Assembly: GCA_964013675.1 (NCBI GenBank) | Contig: CAXGXE010000001.1 | Coordinates: forward strand, 5,411-69,410 | Source of the DNA: an uncultured Verrucomicrobiales bacterium | Lineage (GTDB): Bacteria; Verrucomicrobiota; Verrucomicrobiia; Limisphaerales; UBA1100 | Length of the DNA: 64,000 nt | Direction: 5' to 3' | Shown: piece after piece, positions 1-8,636 of the stretch | How positions within the stretch are numbered: position 1 is the stretch's first letter | Layout of the letters: the number at the start of each line of letters is the position of its first letter | Translations under genes and position numbers: made by a program | Notes under the pieces: model-generated | What the model was told of the DNA's origin: nothing | Database searches by the model: none | Seen by the model: the letters and a program-made list of their open reading frames with translations, nothing else

Positions 1-972
1 AAGCAGCGGCTGAATCAGGTGCTCGACGCGGTGCGAGGTGAGCCGCGTTTGGTGGGGTTGGTTAAAAAATTTAAGGTCAACCGCCGCGAGGCGGATCTGC
101 TGGCGGTGGCGACGCGGCATCCCAATGATCCCGCCGGCGTGGAGGCTCTGGGTATGGTGCTGGGCGGCGACGGGCTCAAGGCGGTCAACGCCCTCCTCAC
201 TGGCAACGACCCTCAACAAGCCGCCGCTGTGGCGCGCGCGCTGGGCAACAGTAACAATCAGAAAGTGCTCCCGCTGTTGACCCCGCTGGTGACCAATCCC
301 AACGTGCACGCCAACGTGCGCAAGGAGGCGCTGAAAGGGCTGGCCAATTTTGAGACCGGCGCCCGCCAGATTTTGGCGTGGGCCAAGGAAGGGAAACTGC
401 CGCAGAACGCGACGTTTACTGCGAGCCTAGCTTTGAGCACGGTACGCTGGCCGGACATCAAAGCCGAGTCGGCCAAGGTGTTTCCCCGACCGCCGGGTGC
501 CAACGCCAAGCCGTTGCCGCCGGTCGCGGAATTGGTCAAACGTAAAGGCAACGTAGCGAATGGGGCCAAAGTGTTTCTGCGTGAGACGGCCGCCTGCGCG
601 CGCTGCCACAAGGTGGGAGCGATCGGGCAGGAGGTGGGTCCGGCACTCACGGAGATCGGCGATAAACTGCCTAAGGAAGAATTGTACGAGGCGATTATTG
701 ATCCGAGTGCAGGGATTTCCTTTGGCTATGAAGCGTGGCTGGTGACGATGAAGGACGGTAATGCCGCGTTCGGTATCGTCCAAAGCGAGACGGACTCGGA
801 GCTGGAGATGAAAGGCCCGACTGGCGCCGTGACACGCCACGCGAAAGCGGGCATTAAGAGCCGGCAACAGCAACCCCTCTCGCTCATGCCGCCCGGTCTG
901 CACCTCACGATCAAGGAAGGGGAACTGGTGGACCTAATCGAATATCTGGCTTCACTGAAGAAAAAGCCCTGA
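1..972 (+). CDS. c-type cytochrome domain protein with HEAT-like repeats (PVC-type heme-binding CxxCH protein); N-terminus lies outside the window
   Basis: Frame 1 is open from nt 1 into the listed 19..972 ORF, so the gene is 5'-truncated. The C-terminal third carries a CARCH (CxxCH) heme motif and a downstream Met-containing segment (LSLMPPG). The upstream part is Ala/Leu-rich and resembles HEAT repeats. Confidence 0.7.
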   Translation, partial: KQRLNQVLDAVRGEPRLVGLVKKFKVNRREADLLAVATRHPNDPAGVEALGMVLGGDGLKAVNALLTGNDPQQAAAVARALGNSNNQKVLPLLTPLVTNPNVHANVRKEALKGLANFETGARQILAWAKEGKLPQNATFTASLALSTVRWPDIKAESAKVFPRPPGANAKPLPPVAELVKRKGNVANGAKVFLRETAACARCHKVGAIGQEVGPALTEIGDKLPKEELYEAIIDPSAGISFGYEAWLVTMKDGNAAFGIVQSETDSELEMKGPTGAVTRHAKAGIKSRQQQPLSLMPPGLHLTIKEGELVDLIEYLASLKKKP

Positions 973-989
973 CACTTTCCCGGGACTGA

Positions 990-1328
990 TCAGCCAGGGG
1001 GCCAGTTGAGGGCGCGGCCACCGAGGATATGGCAGTGCAGGTGCGGTACACTCTCACCTCCGTCAGGGCCGTTATTGATCACCAGTCGAAAGCCGTTTTC
1101 CTTCAGGCCAAGTTCACCGGCTACGTCCCGGGCTTTGAGTAGCAGATGCCCGAGGAGATCCTGATCGTGGTCCGCCGCCTCGGCGATGCGTGGGATGGAT
1201 TGCTTGGGGATCACCAGCACATGCACGGGTGCCTGTGGGTTGATGTCCTTGAAGGCGAGTATGCGGTCATCCTCGTAAACAATGTCCGCGGGAATCTCGC
1301 GCGCGATGATTTTTTCGAACAGCGTCAT
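990..1328 (-). CDS. HIT (histidine triad) family protein
   Basis: Histidine triad HLHCHILGG near the C-terminus. The N-terminus reads [19 protein letters not shown], which is typical of HIT/Hint proteins. I moved the start to the Met at 1328 because the listed ORF adds an unsupported 35-aa Arg/Pro-rich extension. Stop and start overlap as TGATG with the upstream gene. Confidence 0.85.
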   Translation of the reverse strand: MTLFEKIIAREIPADIVYEDDRILAFKDINPQAPVHVLVIPKQSIPRIAEAADHDQDLLGHLLLKARDVAGELGLKENGFRLVINNGPDGGESVPHLHCHILGGRALNWPPG

Positions 1329-1891
1329 CACACAATCATGAGTGTGAGCTTCGCTTCCTGCTGGTGTTGCGCGACGATGTGGCGAAGGTAATCTACAATT
1401 TGATCGTTGAGCTTTTGCGATCGCGGCCCCCAATTTTTAGTACCGGTGAGTTTGTGCACGGCATCGCGCAGGCCCTTTACTTTGAGGAGTTCGGGCTGCC
1501 CATGCAGGTCGGCATGGATTTGATCACGTAGAGTGCAGAAGAACACCATCTCCAACCCTTCCCCCGCCTGATGGGCGAGGTGATGTAGATCGGTTTCAGC
1601 GGCCGAACGGTTGGCGATTTCATCCTCTTCATCGGCGGCCATGATCTTGTAGCCGAACCCTCGCAGGATGCGTTCCAGCGCTAGGGTGAATTCTGCCACA
1701 GTGATGGAGGCCCGTTCCTGGTCGACCTTGAAATGGTACAGCACGGCCTCGGCGGCCTCGGTGATCAAGTGGGGTTCGATCTCCGTGACGGCGTCGCCCA
1801 GCAGTTCCACAGTCACATCGTGAGCGGAGCAGGGAATGGCTTCGCCGTCTGAGGTTTCAAAAACCAGGCAATCGGTATGTAGCTGAATCAT
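1328..1891 (-). CDS. hypothetical protein (acidic, 187 aa) wedged between nrdR and the HIT gene
   Basis: Uninterrupted ORF on the same strand as its neighbours. Its start overlaps the nrdR 3' end by 35 nt and its stop overlaps the HIT start by 1 nt. I recognise no motif in it. Confidence 0.5.
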   Translation of the reverse strand: MIQLHTDCLVFETSDGEAIPCSAHDVTVELLGDAVTEIEPHLITEAAEAVLYHFKVDQERASITVAEFTLALERILRGFGYKIMAADEEDEIANRSAAETDLHHLAHQAGEGLEMVFFCTLRDQIHADLHGQPELLKVKGLRDAVHKLTGTKNWGPRSQKLNDQIVDYLRHIVAQHQQEAKLTLMIV

Positions 1892-2342
1892 GCTTTGTCT
1901 CGAGTTTCTTTACTGCCTGGACGAAATCGTCTGCCTCCTCAAAGCGCCGGTAGACGCTCGCATATCGCACGTAGGCCACCTGATCGATCTCGCGCAGGCC
2001 GTTCATCACCGCCTCGCCGATCGACATGCCTGGTACCTCCTCGGCGTACTGCTCCGAGATCGTGTCGTAGATCCGTTGGGTCAGGTCCTCAATCGACTGT
2101 TGACTAATGGGGCGCTTTTGACAGGCCTTGGCTATGCCGGAGAACAGTTTCTCTCGAGAGAATTCCTCCCGGCGGCCGTCCCGTTTCACCACCATCAGCC
2201 GCTGGTGCTCTATCTGCTCGTAGGTTGTGAAACGATGTTGACATTCATTGCATTCACGGCGACGGCGAATAATGGCGCCTTCTTTCGATGAGCGCGAATC
2301 AATCACCTTGTCCTCAATACAGTCGCACTTCGGACAACGCAT
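1857..2342 (-). CDS. nrdR: transcriptional repressor NrdR
   Basis: N-terminal zinc ribbon (CPKC...CNEC) followed by an ATP-cone (VVKRDGRREEFSREKL...). The 161-aa length is typical. An AGGAGG sits 14 nt upstream of the ATG. Confidence 0.95.
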   Translation of the reverse strand: MRCPKCDCIEDKVIDSRSSKEGAIIRRRRECNECQHRFTTYEQIEHQRLMVVKRDGRREEFSREKLFSGIAKACQKRPISQQSIEDLTQRIYDTISEQYAEEVPGMSIGEAVMNGLREIDQVAYVRYASVYRRFEEADDFVQAVKKLETKHDSATYRLPGF

Positions 2343-2526
2343 GTCGTTGTTTCAAACCTCCTTGGCAGAAAGCCACATGTAGTGGCTGATGATTGTCTAA
2401 CATCCAGACACTGCACGGTCAAGATTGCACACGATGTCTCTTGTTAACACAACGGCTCATTCGCCTGAATAACCCCGCACGCATTCGCCCTTCGACAATG
2501 CGCAACGGTTACCGTAAACCACCTGC

Positions 2527-3288
2527 GTGACGGAGTTGCCGGTCATACTGTTAGTGGGTATCGCGGTCGTATTCATCGGCTTGAGTAAAGCCGGCTTCGG
2601 TGGCGGCTTAGGGATGCTTACTGCGCCTTTGTGCGTCGTCGCCTTTGGCATGGCCGGGCAGTCTCCTCAGTTTGCAATCGGTTTTCTCCTGCCGCTCCTT
2701 TGCGCGGGCGATTCCTTTTCGCTTTATCACTACTGGCGCCAGTGGCGGTTGGAGAATTTAAAGTACCTGTTGCCCGGCGTGGTGCTGGGCGTGATCGCAG
2801 GGATTCAGTTGATGGACCGGATGGAACCCCGCCACTTCAGTCTCATCATCGGCGTGTTGGCCGTGAGCTTTGTGGTGTTTCAGTTGGTGAAAGAAAAAGT
2901 TTTCAAAAACGAAACCCCCTTTGTGCCGGGATATGGCTCTGGCACTGCCGCGGGGATCGGGGCCGGTCTGACCAGTACCTTTGCGCATGGTGCCGGGCCG
3001 ATGATCAATATTTTCATGATCCCTCAGCGATTATCCAAGGAGGTTTTTGTCTCCACGCGTGTGCTCATCTTTACGTGTATTAATTGGATCAAAATGCCCT
3101 TTTTCCTAGGTTGGGGGTTGGTAACGTTGGAATCACTGAAGTGGAACGCCCTCTATTTACCGCTTGTGCCAGTGGGCGTGTGGCTGGGTGTATGGTTAAA
3201 TAAAAAAATCCCTGAGGACAAATTCCGCACCCTCACCTACGCCCTCACGCTGGTGGCCGGGCTGCACCTCATTCTCTCCAACTTATAG
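2527..3288 (+). CDS. TauE/SafE family sulfite/anion exporter (membrane protein)
   Basis: Polytopic membrane protein of 253 aa with two Gly-rich TM repeats (GFGGGLGMLTAPL; GAGLTSTFAHGAGPM) typical of the TauE/SafE family. GTG start. Confidence 0.8.
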   Translation: MTELPVILLVGIAVVFIGLSKAGFGGGLGMLTAPLCVVAFGMAGQSPQFAIGFLLPLLCAGDSFSLYHYWRQWRLENLKYLLPGVVLGVIAGIQLMDRMEPRHFSLIIGVLAVSFVVFQLVKEKVFKNETPFVPGYGSGTAAGIGAGLTSTFAHGAGPMINIFMIPQRLSKEVFVSTRVLIFTCINWIKMPFFLGWGLVTLESLKWNALYLPLVPVGVWLGVWLNKKIPEDKFRTLTYALTLVAGLHLILSNL

Positions 3289-3750
3289 GATTAACGGATC
3301 AACGCATTGAGCACGGTGGTCCAGCGTTCGCGCGAAGGCATCACGCCCTGCACAGTGTGGCGTTTTCCGTTCGGCGTCAATTCCACCTCGATCGTGATCC
3401 GACTGTTGCGCCGGTAGGGAATCGGCGGCAGATCGCGGGATTCGTAATTGCGATTGGTCTACACCCAAAACGATTGCGGGAGTATTCTAAATGGGGCACA
3501 AAAAAGCATGCACCTATTATGCTCGACAAAGAAAGAGCTTCTAACTATGTTGACGTCAGTTCTCACCGATGCAGCAACGATACGCGCTGCCTTCGCCTAC
3601 TTGCGATAAGGTGATGAACGCCACCGCTTCCGCCTGACCCCTTCCACTTTATCCAACTTGGTGTACCAGTGTTATATGAACACGCGCCAATGTTCGTTGC
3701 GAACTCTGACCAACTTTTGGGGCGTTAGGCGAAGGATAATTGTGATGATT

Positions 3751-3787
3751 AAACAAAAAAATCCCCCGGTGGTTTATTGTGCCGGGG
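3751..3787 (-). terminator. putative intrinsic terminator of the LRR lipoprotein gene
   Basis: On the minus strand, a 6-bp GC stem (3782-3787 pairs with 3764-3769) with a 12-nt loop is followed by AUUUUUUUGUUU (reverse complement of 3751-3762). It starts 12 nt after the stop codon at 3799. Confidence 0.55.
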
Positions 3788-3798
3788 TATGAGGGCGG

Positions 3799-4362
3799 TT
3801 ACTTCGTGGGGTTGCTGTGGATTTTGCAATTGAGTAACGCCTTTTGCAGTTGGTCAACCTGAGCCTTGGTGAGGTCGGGGTTGTTGTAGAGATCCAGATC
3901 CTTTAACTGGTCAAGATTCTCCAGACCCTTCACATCGGTCAGTTTGTTGCCATTGAGATTCAGCCACGTTAACTGCGTGAGCTTCTCCAGTTCCTTCACG
4001 GAGGTCAGTTGATTACCAATGAGATACAGTGTCTTTAACTGCGTAAGCTTCTCCAATCCTTTCAGTGAGGTTAGACCTTCACCGTTCAGAACCAGCCGCG
4101 TGACCTTTTCGTAATCTGCCTTGGTGAGTTCGCCGGTGGGTTTCTTGAGTTTCTCCCGAATCGCCTTCTCAACAATGGGTTCGGTAATGAGCTTCTCGGA
4201 TGTGGTTTTGGGTTGTTGAGGGATCGTTGCCGTTTCAGTTGCCTTCTTCTCCGCTACAGCTCTGTCATCTGCCGCTGCTTTAATTTGAGCACCTTTCTCC
4301 TTGGTCGCCTTCCCGCACCCCACCAACGCCACCACCGCACATATCAAGAGGAGCTGTTTCAT
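3799..4362 (-). CDS. leucine-rich repeat (LRR) lipoprotein
   Basis: Signal peptide with a lipobox (LVGCGK), a Lys/Glu/Ala-rich linker, then about five 22-aa LRR units (LxxLxxLxLxxNxLTxVKxLEKLTQL). Confidence 0.8.
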   Translation of the reverse strand: MKQLLLICAVVALVGCGKATKEKGAQIKAAADDRAVAEKKATETATIPQQPKTTSEKLITEPIVEKAIREKLKKPTGELTKADYEKVTRLVLNGEGLTSLKGLEKLTQLKTLYLIGNQLTSVKELEKLTQLTWLNLNGNKLTDVKGLENLDQLKDLDLYNNPDLTKAQVDQLQKALLNCKIHSNPTK

Positions 4363-4649
4363 GCCTCGAATCTACCTCCCCCCTGTATGCTATCAATATC
4401 AAAGAAAATCTCCATAAATTACTCTGACCAATTCCTGACCAAATTTTTTGGTCACAACCCGTGTAGAAAACTGTTTTTCACAGTTTAAGAGTTATTAAGG
4501 TGATTTTGGATGAACCCGTTATTTCCCGATTCTAGCACTGTTAATGGGGGGTTGTTTCACAAGTTGTGCCTCGTTAACTAACTTATGTTTGTTACTTGGA
4601 TAACGTGGCCTTTGTAGGGGTCGACCTTGTGCGATAATCGAATTCGTTG

Positions 4650-5054
4650 ATGCCAAGTAAACGTGTCCAGCCAGCCAGTGCTCATCCGCCCACGTGGGCG
4701 GCGCGTAGTATTCTGGCCCAATGGCGCGGCATTGATCTCACTGAGCAGGAAAAGGCCCGACTCAATCACGCACGCACCACGGCGGATCTCATGCCGGCGG
4801 TGATGCAAAAGCTCGGGCTGAAGCAACGCCAAAGCGAGGCGGAGATCAGCAAAGTGTGGACGGAGTTGATCGACCCCACGGTCACCGAACACGCCTCCCC
4901 GGTGGGCATCCGCAAGGGCACGTTGTTTGTGAATGTGGACAGCAATGTGTGGCTTAGCGAGATCGTGCGCTATCGGCGCCATGAAATTCTGAAGCGCCTC
5001 CAGCACGCGTTTGGCTCGGAAATGATCGCGCGAATTTCGTTCCGTGTCGGGTAG
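4650..5054 (+). CDS. DUF721 / DciA-family protein
   Basis: C-terminal pattern VWTELIDPTVTEHASPVGIRKGTLFVNVDSNVWLSEI...ILKRL matches the DUF721 (DciA) signature W..iv....a.h..p..l..g.L.v.v.s..w..el. ATG at 4650; a TTG at 4647 is the alternative start. Confidence 0.7.
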   Translation: MPSKRVQPASAHPPTWAARSILAQWRGIDLTEQEKARLNHARTTADLMPAVMQKLGLKQRQSEAEISKVWTELIDPTVTEHASPVGIRKGTLFVNVDSNVWLSEIVRYRRHEILKRLQHAFGSEMIARISFRVG

Positions 5055-5063
5055 GGCGAGGCC

Positions 5064-5900
5064 TCAGTGCCCGCCCTGCTCTTCACTGATCAATGCGCCG
5101 TAGCCTTCCCGGAAGTTCGGGTATTTCAATTGCCAGTCGGTTGCCTTGAGTTTGGCATTGCACACACGTTTGTTGGTCGCCGCTCGTTTGCGTTTTTGCA
5201 CTTCGCCTTCTGGCGGCACTGTTTTGTCCAGCTCCTTAGCCAACCACTCAAAGAACGCGCGTTGGGTAAGTGGCTCATCATCGCTCGCATTATAAATGCC
5301 CGGAGGGATGTTCAATGCAGTAACCAGAGCGCTGACGACATCATCTCGGTGAATCATGTTGATCCAGCGCGAGCCACCCAGGGTAATCACGGCTTCATCT
5401 TTTAGAAACTGACGGTAAAGGTAGCCACGCTCCGGTCCATATATGCCGGCCACTCGCAGGATGGTCGCCAGTTGGGGGCTCTCTTGAAATAAAGCTTCAG
5501 CCTGTAAAAGATTAATTGCGGTGCCGGTAGCGCCATCGTGGTTGGCTGTTTCGTCAACCCAGTTGCCATCAGTTTGCGGGTACACGCTCGTGCTGCTGGT
5601 AAAAATTAATCGGGTTTCAGTATCTCCCAGCCAGTTTAGAAGATGGGCGGTGCCATCCGCAAACACAGCTTGGTGCACCGAAGCATCTCCGCGTGAGGAA
5701 GATGGGGTGTAGTAAATGACATCAAAGTCTCGGGGGATGGCATCAAAGCTACTGCGGTCCGTGACATCGAGCGCGTGCGGCGTAACGTCTGCGGCGGAAA
5801 ACTCGCTGCGTCTTGTGCCGTGCACCTGGTGCCCCATACGCGCCAACGTTTGCGCCAAGGGCAGCCCTACGTAGCCACAACCGATTACGAGGATCCGCAT
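5064..5900 (-). CDS. NAD(P)-binding SDR / epimerase-dehydratase family protein
   Basis: Rossmann motif MRILVIGCGYVGLPLAQTL at the chosen start. I trimmed the listed ORF by 13 aa to this Met. It sits 1 nt downstream of the cyclase gene stop. Confidence 0.8.
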   Translation of the reverse strand: MRILVIGCGYVGLPLAQTLARMGHQVHGTRRSEFSAADVTPHALDVTDRSSFDAIPRDFDVIYYTPSSSRGDASVHQAVFADGTAHLLNWLGDTETRLIFTSSTSVYPQTDGNWVDETANHDGATGTAINLLQAEALFQESPQLATILRVAGIYGPERGYLYRQFLKDEAVITLGGSRWINMIHRDDVVSALVTALNIPPGIYNASDDEPLTQRAFFEWLAKELDKTVPPEGEVQKRKRAATNKRVCNAKLKATDWQLKYPNFREGYGALISEEQGGH

Positions 5901-5901
5901 A

Positions 5902-6537
5902 TTAGATTGGTCGCAGCGCCGCTCGGGCGGGGGCCCCATCGCTGCCGATTAGTTTCATGGGTAAGCAAGCCAGTTCATAGTTCCCGGGCTCCACGCCGCT
6001 AAGGTTCAGGCCTTCGATGATCCATACCTCGGCTCCGAGCAATTCCATGTGTGTTTCTACGCCGTCTTTCTTAAAGCCGCCCACGCTGAGGTAGTCTACG
6101 CCGACCGTCTGCACGCCGGCGGCGGTGATATGCCTTGCGCCATCCTGTGCTATGTAAATGAAGTCCTCATCAAAATCATCGCTTTGCCAACTGCGCGTGG
6201 AGTTGCGTGTCTTGAACAGGATACGTTCGCCGCGTTGCAGGTTGTGCGGCTCGAGCTCGGCGGCGGTGATGGCGGTCTGGTCCTGGATCTCAATCACCCG
6301 GCAGGGCCCAAGCACAGCATCCAGCGGTAGGGCTTCCATGGTGATGCCGCCATCGATGAAGTGCCGCGGGGAATCCATGTGCGTACCGGTATGCGCGCTG
6401 AGGCTCATGTGGGTGAGATTGCACGGACTGCCGTTGGCGTCGCCAATGGTCTTGTGCAGGCGCGATTGGAACCTGGGATCACCGGGCCAATGCACCATGC
6501 CGTTGCGAACAGGAATGCTGATGTCGATCCAGCTCAT
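5902..6537 (-). CDS. cyclase family protein (kynurenine formamidase-like)
   Basis: HxGTHxDxPxH motif (SAHTGTHMDSPRHF). The 211-aa length fits arylformamidase/cyclase family proteins. Confidence 0.8.
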   Translation of the reverse strand: MSWIDISIPVRNGMVHWPGDPRFQSRLHKTIGDANGSPCNLTHMSLSAHTGTHMDSPRHFIDGGITMEALPLDAVLGPCRVIEIQDQTAITAAELEPHNLQRGERILFKTRNSTRSWQSDDFDEDFIYIAQDGARHITAAGVQTVGVDYLSVGGFKKDGVETHMELLGAEVWIIEGLNLSGVEPGNYELACLPMKLIGSDGAPARAALRPI

Positions 6538-6579
6538 TCGGAGAAACTAAATCCTAAAACCAAAATCCAAAATCCTAAA

Positions 6580-6960
6580 CTAATCGAGACCGCGGGCTTC
6601 AAGGTCGTCTTCGTCCATGCCGAAATAATGGCCGAGCTCGTGTAGGTAGGTGATGCGGATCTCTTCGCGATACGCCGCCTCATCGGTGCCGGCGAATTCC
6701 CAGAGGTTTTCGAGGAAGAGAATGATCTGAGTTGGCTGCGGATGGCTGCTCGGCCCGTCGGCCAACGATTCACCCAGAAACAAACCCAGCGTATCTGGCG
6801 CAATTCCGTCTGCCACAAAGCCGGTATTCGGGCTGGGTTCAAAGGTGACCGGTACAGACCGCGCGCCGGTCTGCAGGGCCTCGGGCAGTTCGCCCTGAGC
6901 GGTAGCCATTTCCTCATGTGCCACCATGAGCAGGTGATCGAACGAGCCGACCTGCATCAT
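6580..6960 (-). CDS. zincin-like metallopeptidase family protein (DUF1025/Zincin_1 type)
   Basis: C-terminal YLHELGHYFGMDEDDLEARG (HExxH followed by an acidic tail). Small 126-aa protein. 4-nt overlap with the upstream regulator gene. Confidence 0.75.
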   Translation of the reverse strand: MMQVGSFDHLLMVAHEEMATAQGELPEALQTGARSVPVTFEPSPNTGFVADGIAPDTLGLFLGESLADGPSSHPQPTQIILFLENLWEFAGTDEAAYREEIRITYLHELGHYFGMDEDDLEARGLD

Positions 6961-7403
6961 TTACCCTTGGAAGCTCCAGCCGGTTGGGCTGCACGGGAGG
7001 CCTTGAACTGCGCCAGCACTTCGGGGTGTTGCTCGAAAAACACTGTGAGATCGGCCAATGTTTTAAGGGTGTCAGCACTCAGATGGTGCTCGATTCCCTC
7101 GATATCGCGTGCCTGCGTTTCGGCGTCCAACTCGAACAACGTAAAAAACCCGGCCAACACTTCATGCCGATCGCGGATTTGCTCCGCCACCGCCCGGCCG
7201 GCATCGGTCAACGTGAGCGCCCGGTATTTCTCGTAATGAAGATACCCCTCATCCGCCAGCTTCTGCACCATACTGGTGACACTCGGCTGCCCGACCCCAA
7301 GCGATTGGGCAATATCGGCCACATGCGCCGTGCCCTTGCTCTCCAGTAATTCATGAATGCGCTCGAGATAATCCTCGGCACTTTGACTCGGCTTGGAAGG
7401 CAT
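6957..7403 (-). CDS. DtxR/MntR family metal-dependent transcriptional regulator
   Basis: N-terminal winged-HTH (EDYLERIHELLESKGTAHVADIAQSLGVGQPSVTSMVQKL) plus the dimerisation helix region (DRHEVLAGFF) typical of the DtxR/MntR family. Confidence 0.85.
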   Translation of the reverse strand: MPSKPSQSAEDYLERIHELLESKGTAHVADIAQSLGVGQPSVTSMVQKLADEGYLHYEKYRALTLTDAGRAVAEQIRDRHEVLAGFFTLFELDAETQARDIEGIEHHLSADTLKTLADLTVFFEQHPEVLAQFKASRAAQPAGASKGK

Positions 7404-7542
7404 ATCCAGAGATTACAGATAAAACTTCGGTGCGCCAATAAATTATCGCCGAAATCAGAGCTCGTGAAGTGCTGTTTGAGCCTTGAATTACTGTTGTGAA
7501 CGGCCGAAACAAAAAAAGTTCATGTTCAGCAGAAAAAAGGCT

Positions 7543-7558
7543 TGTGAAATAATTCACA
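7543..7558. promoter_or_regulatory. perfect TGTGA-N6-TCACA palindrome (CRP/FNR-type operator shape) between the DtxR-family gene and atpB
   Basis: The sequence tgtgaaataattcaca lies 66-81 nt upstream of the atpB ATG, in the divergent intergenic region. Confidence 0.3.
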
Positions 7559-7623
7559 CACCCTAATTTCAACCGCGCTGAGTGCCGCAATAGGCGGTGT
7601 TTTCTGCAAATTTTTGCGTAAAA

Positions 7624-8568
7624 ATGGATTTTAAGCGAATACTGGCCGCCTTGTTTCTCATGATGGCCGTGCCGTGTCTGGTGGCCGAGGAGGCTTCGGG
7701 CACTTCTGGGCACTTGATCCAGGTATTCCCCTCGTTTTCTGAGTTGATCGGTGGCGGGGGGCTGCTTTTCCTTGGATCGCTGCCCCCAAACGCGGTGGAA
7801 TTGTTTAAAATTGGGCCGCTACCAGTCACCAACTCCATGGTGGTGACCTGGATTGTGGCGCTTGGGATCATCTTCGTCGTTCAGCTGGCAACCCGCAATG
7901 TGAAGCTCGTGCCGGAAGGCATTCAAAATTTCGTAGAGTTTTTGGTAGAGGGTTTGTACGACTTTTTCCGGAGCGTGGTAGGGGATCACATGATCCATCG
8001 CACCTTCTGGTTTTTGGCCACCGCCTTCATCTTTATTTTATTTGCCAACTGGTTTGGCCTAATCCCCGGATTGGGCACAATTGGCTGGGCTGAGCCGGGC
8101 CACCACAATGAACATATCACCGAACCCTTGATGCGCGGCATGAACGCGGATTTGAACATGACACTCGCCATGGCGACTATTTTCATGGGCCTGTGGTTGT
8201 ACTGGAGCCTGACGGAGCAGGGAGTGGGTGGATTTGCGGGCCACATTTTTTCGGTGAAAGGTCACGGAGGCGGGTTGCTGGGCACGTTCTTGGTAATTGT
8301 CTTTATTTTTGTGGGACTGATCGAAGTGGTGTCCATCGGCGTGCGCCCCGTGGCACTAACCTTTCGTCTCTACGGCAACGTGTTTGCCGGTGAAAATATC
8401 TTGGAAACGGTGATGGCGATGGGCGGCCTGTATTTTGGCTGGCTGGCCGTGCTGCCGTTTTACCTGCTGGAGATTCTGGTAGGATTAGTGCAGGCACTGG
8501 TTTTTGCACTTTTGTGCGCGGTGTTCACGGCTCTCATGTGTGAGAAGCACGACGACCACGCACACTGA
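7624..8568 (+). CDS. atpB: F0F1 ATP synthase subunit a
   Basis: C-terminal TM helices carry the conserved Arg (LTFRLYGNVFAGE). First gene of the atp operon. ATG at 7624 chosen; a GTG at 7597 is the alternative start. Confidence 0.9.
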   Translation: MDFKRILAALFLMMAVPCLVAEEASGTSGHLIQVFPSFSELIGGGGLLFLGSLPPNAVELFKIGPLPVTNSMVVTWIVALGIIFVVQLATRNVKLVPEGIQNFVEFLVEGLYDFFRSVVGDHMIHRTFWFLATAFIFILFANWFGLIPGLGTIGWAEPGHHNEHITEPLMRGMNADLNMTLAMATIFMGLWLYWSLTEQGVGGFAGHIFSVKGHGGGLLGTFLVIVFIFVGLIEVVSIGVRPVALTFRLYGNVFAGENILETVMAMGGLYFGWLAVLPFYLLEILVGLVQALVFALLCAVFTALMCEKHDDHAH

Positions 8569-8636
8569 ATAATTTCGACGCCGGACCATGGGCAACCCGT
8601 GGAGGCGTTGGGAACAACTGAACAAAAGGAAATATT

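Noticed and set aside
990-1433. N-terminal extensions in the ORF track for many genes (HIT 1433, SDR 5939, ABC ATPase 19437, epimerase 25144, esterase 25114, PhoX-like 27478, DUF1501 30582, DUF1549 32065, prenyltransferase-like 34383, S9 55368, ROK 56435, DUF1080 57910, pilin-Trx 61996)
   Set aside because: The extensions are Arg/Pro/Cys-rich, overlap neighbouring genes, and precede obvious native N-termini such as Rossmann loops, signal or Tat peptides, and prepilin motifs. I chose internal starts that abut or minimally overlap the upstream stop.
2371-2387. Reading the agccacatgtagtggct palindrome as a bona fide NrdR box
   Set aside because: NrdR boxes are 16-bp palindromes (acaCwAtATaTwGtgt), usually in tandem about 31-32 bp apart. 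Here the CAC/GTG arms are separated by only 5 nt and no second box is present. I kept it only as an unassigned palindrome.
3283-3614. Small ORFs 3283..3468 (-, 61 aa) and 3357..3614 (+, 85 aa) in the TauE-LRR intergenic region
   Set aside because: They have no start context, unremarkable Arg-rich composition, and they overlap each other. A different minus-strand frame shows the only protein-like stretch, and it is stop-interrupted.
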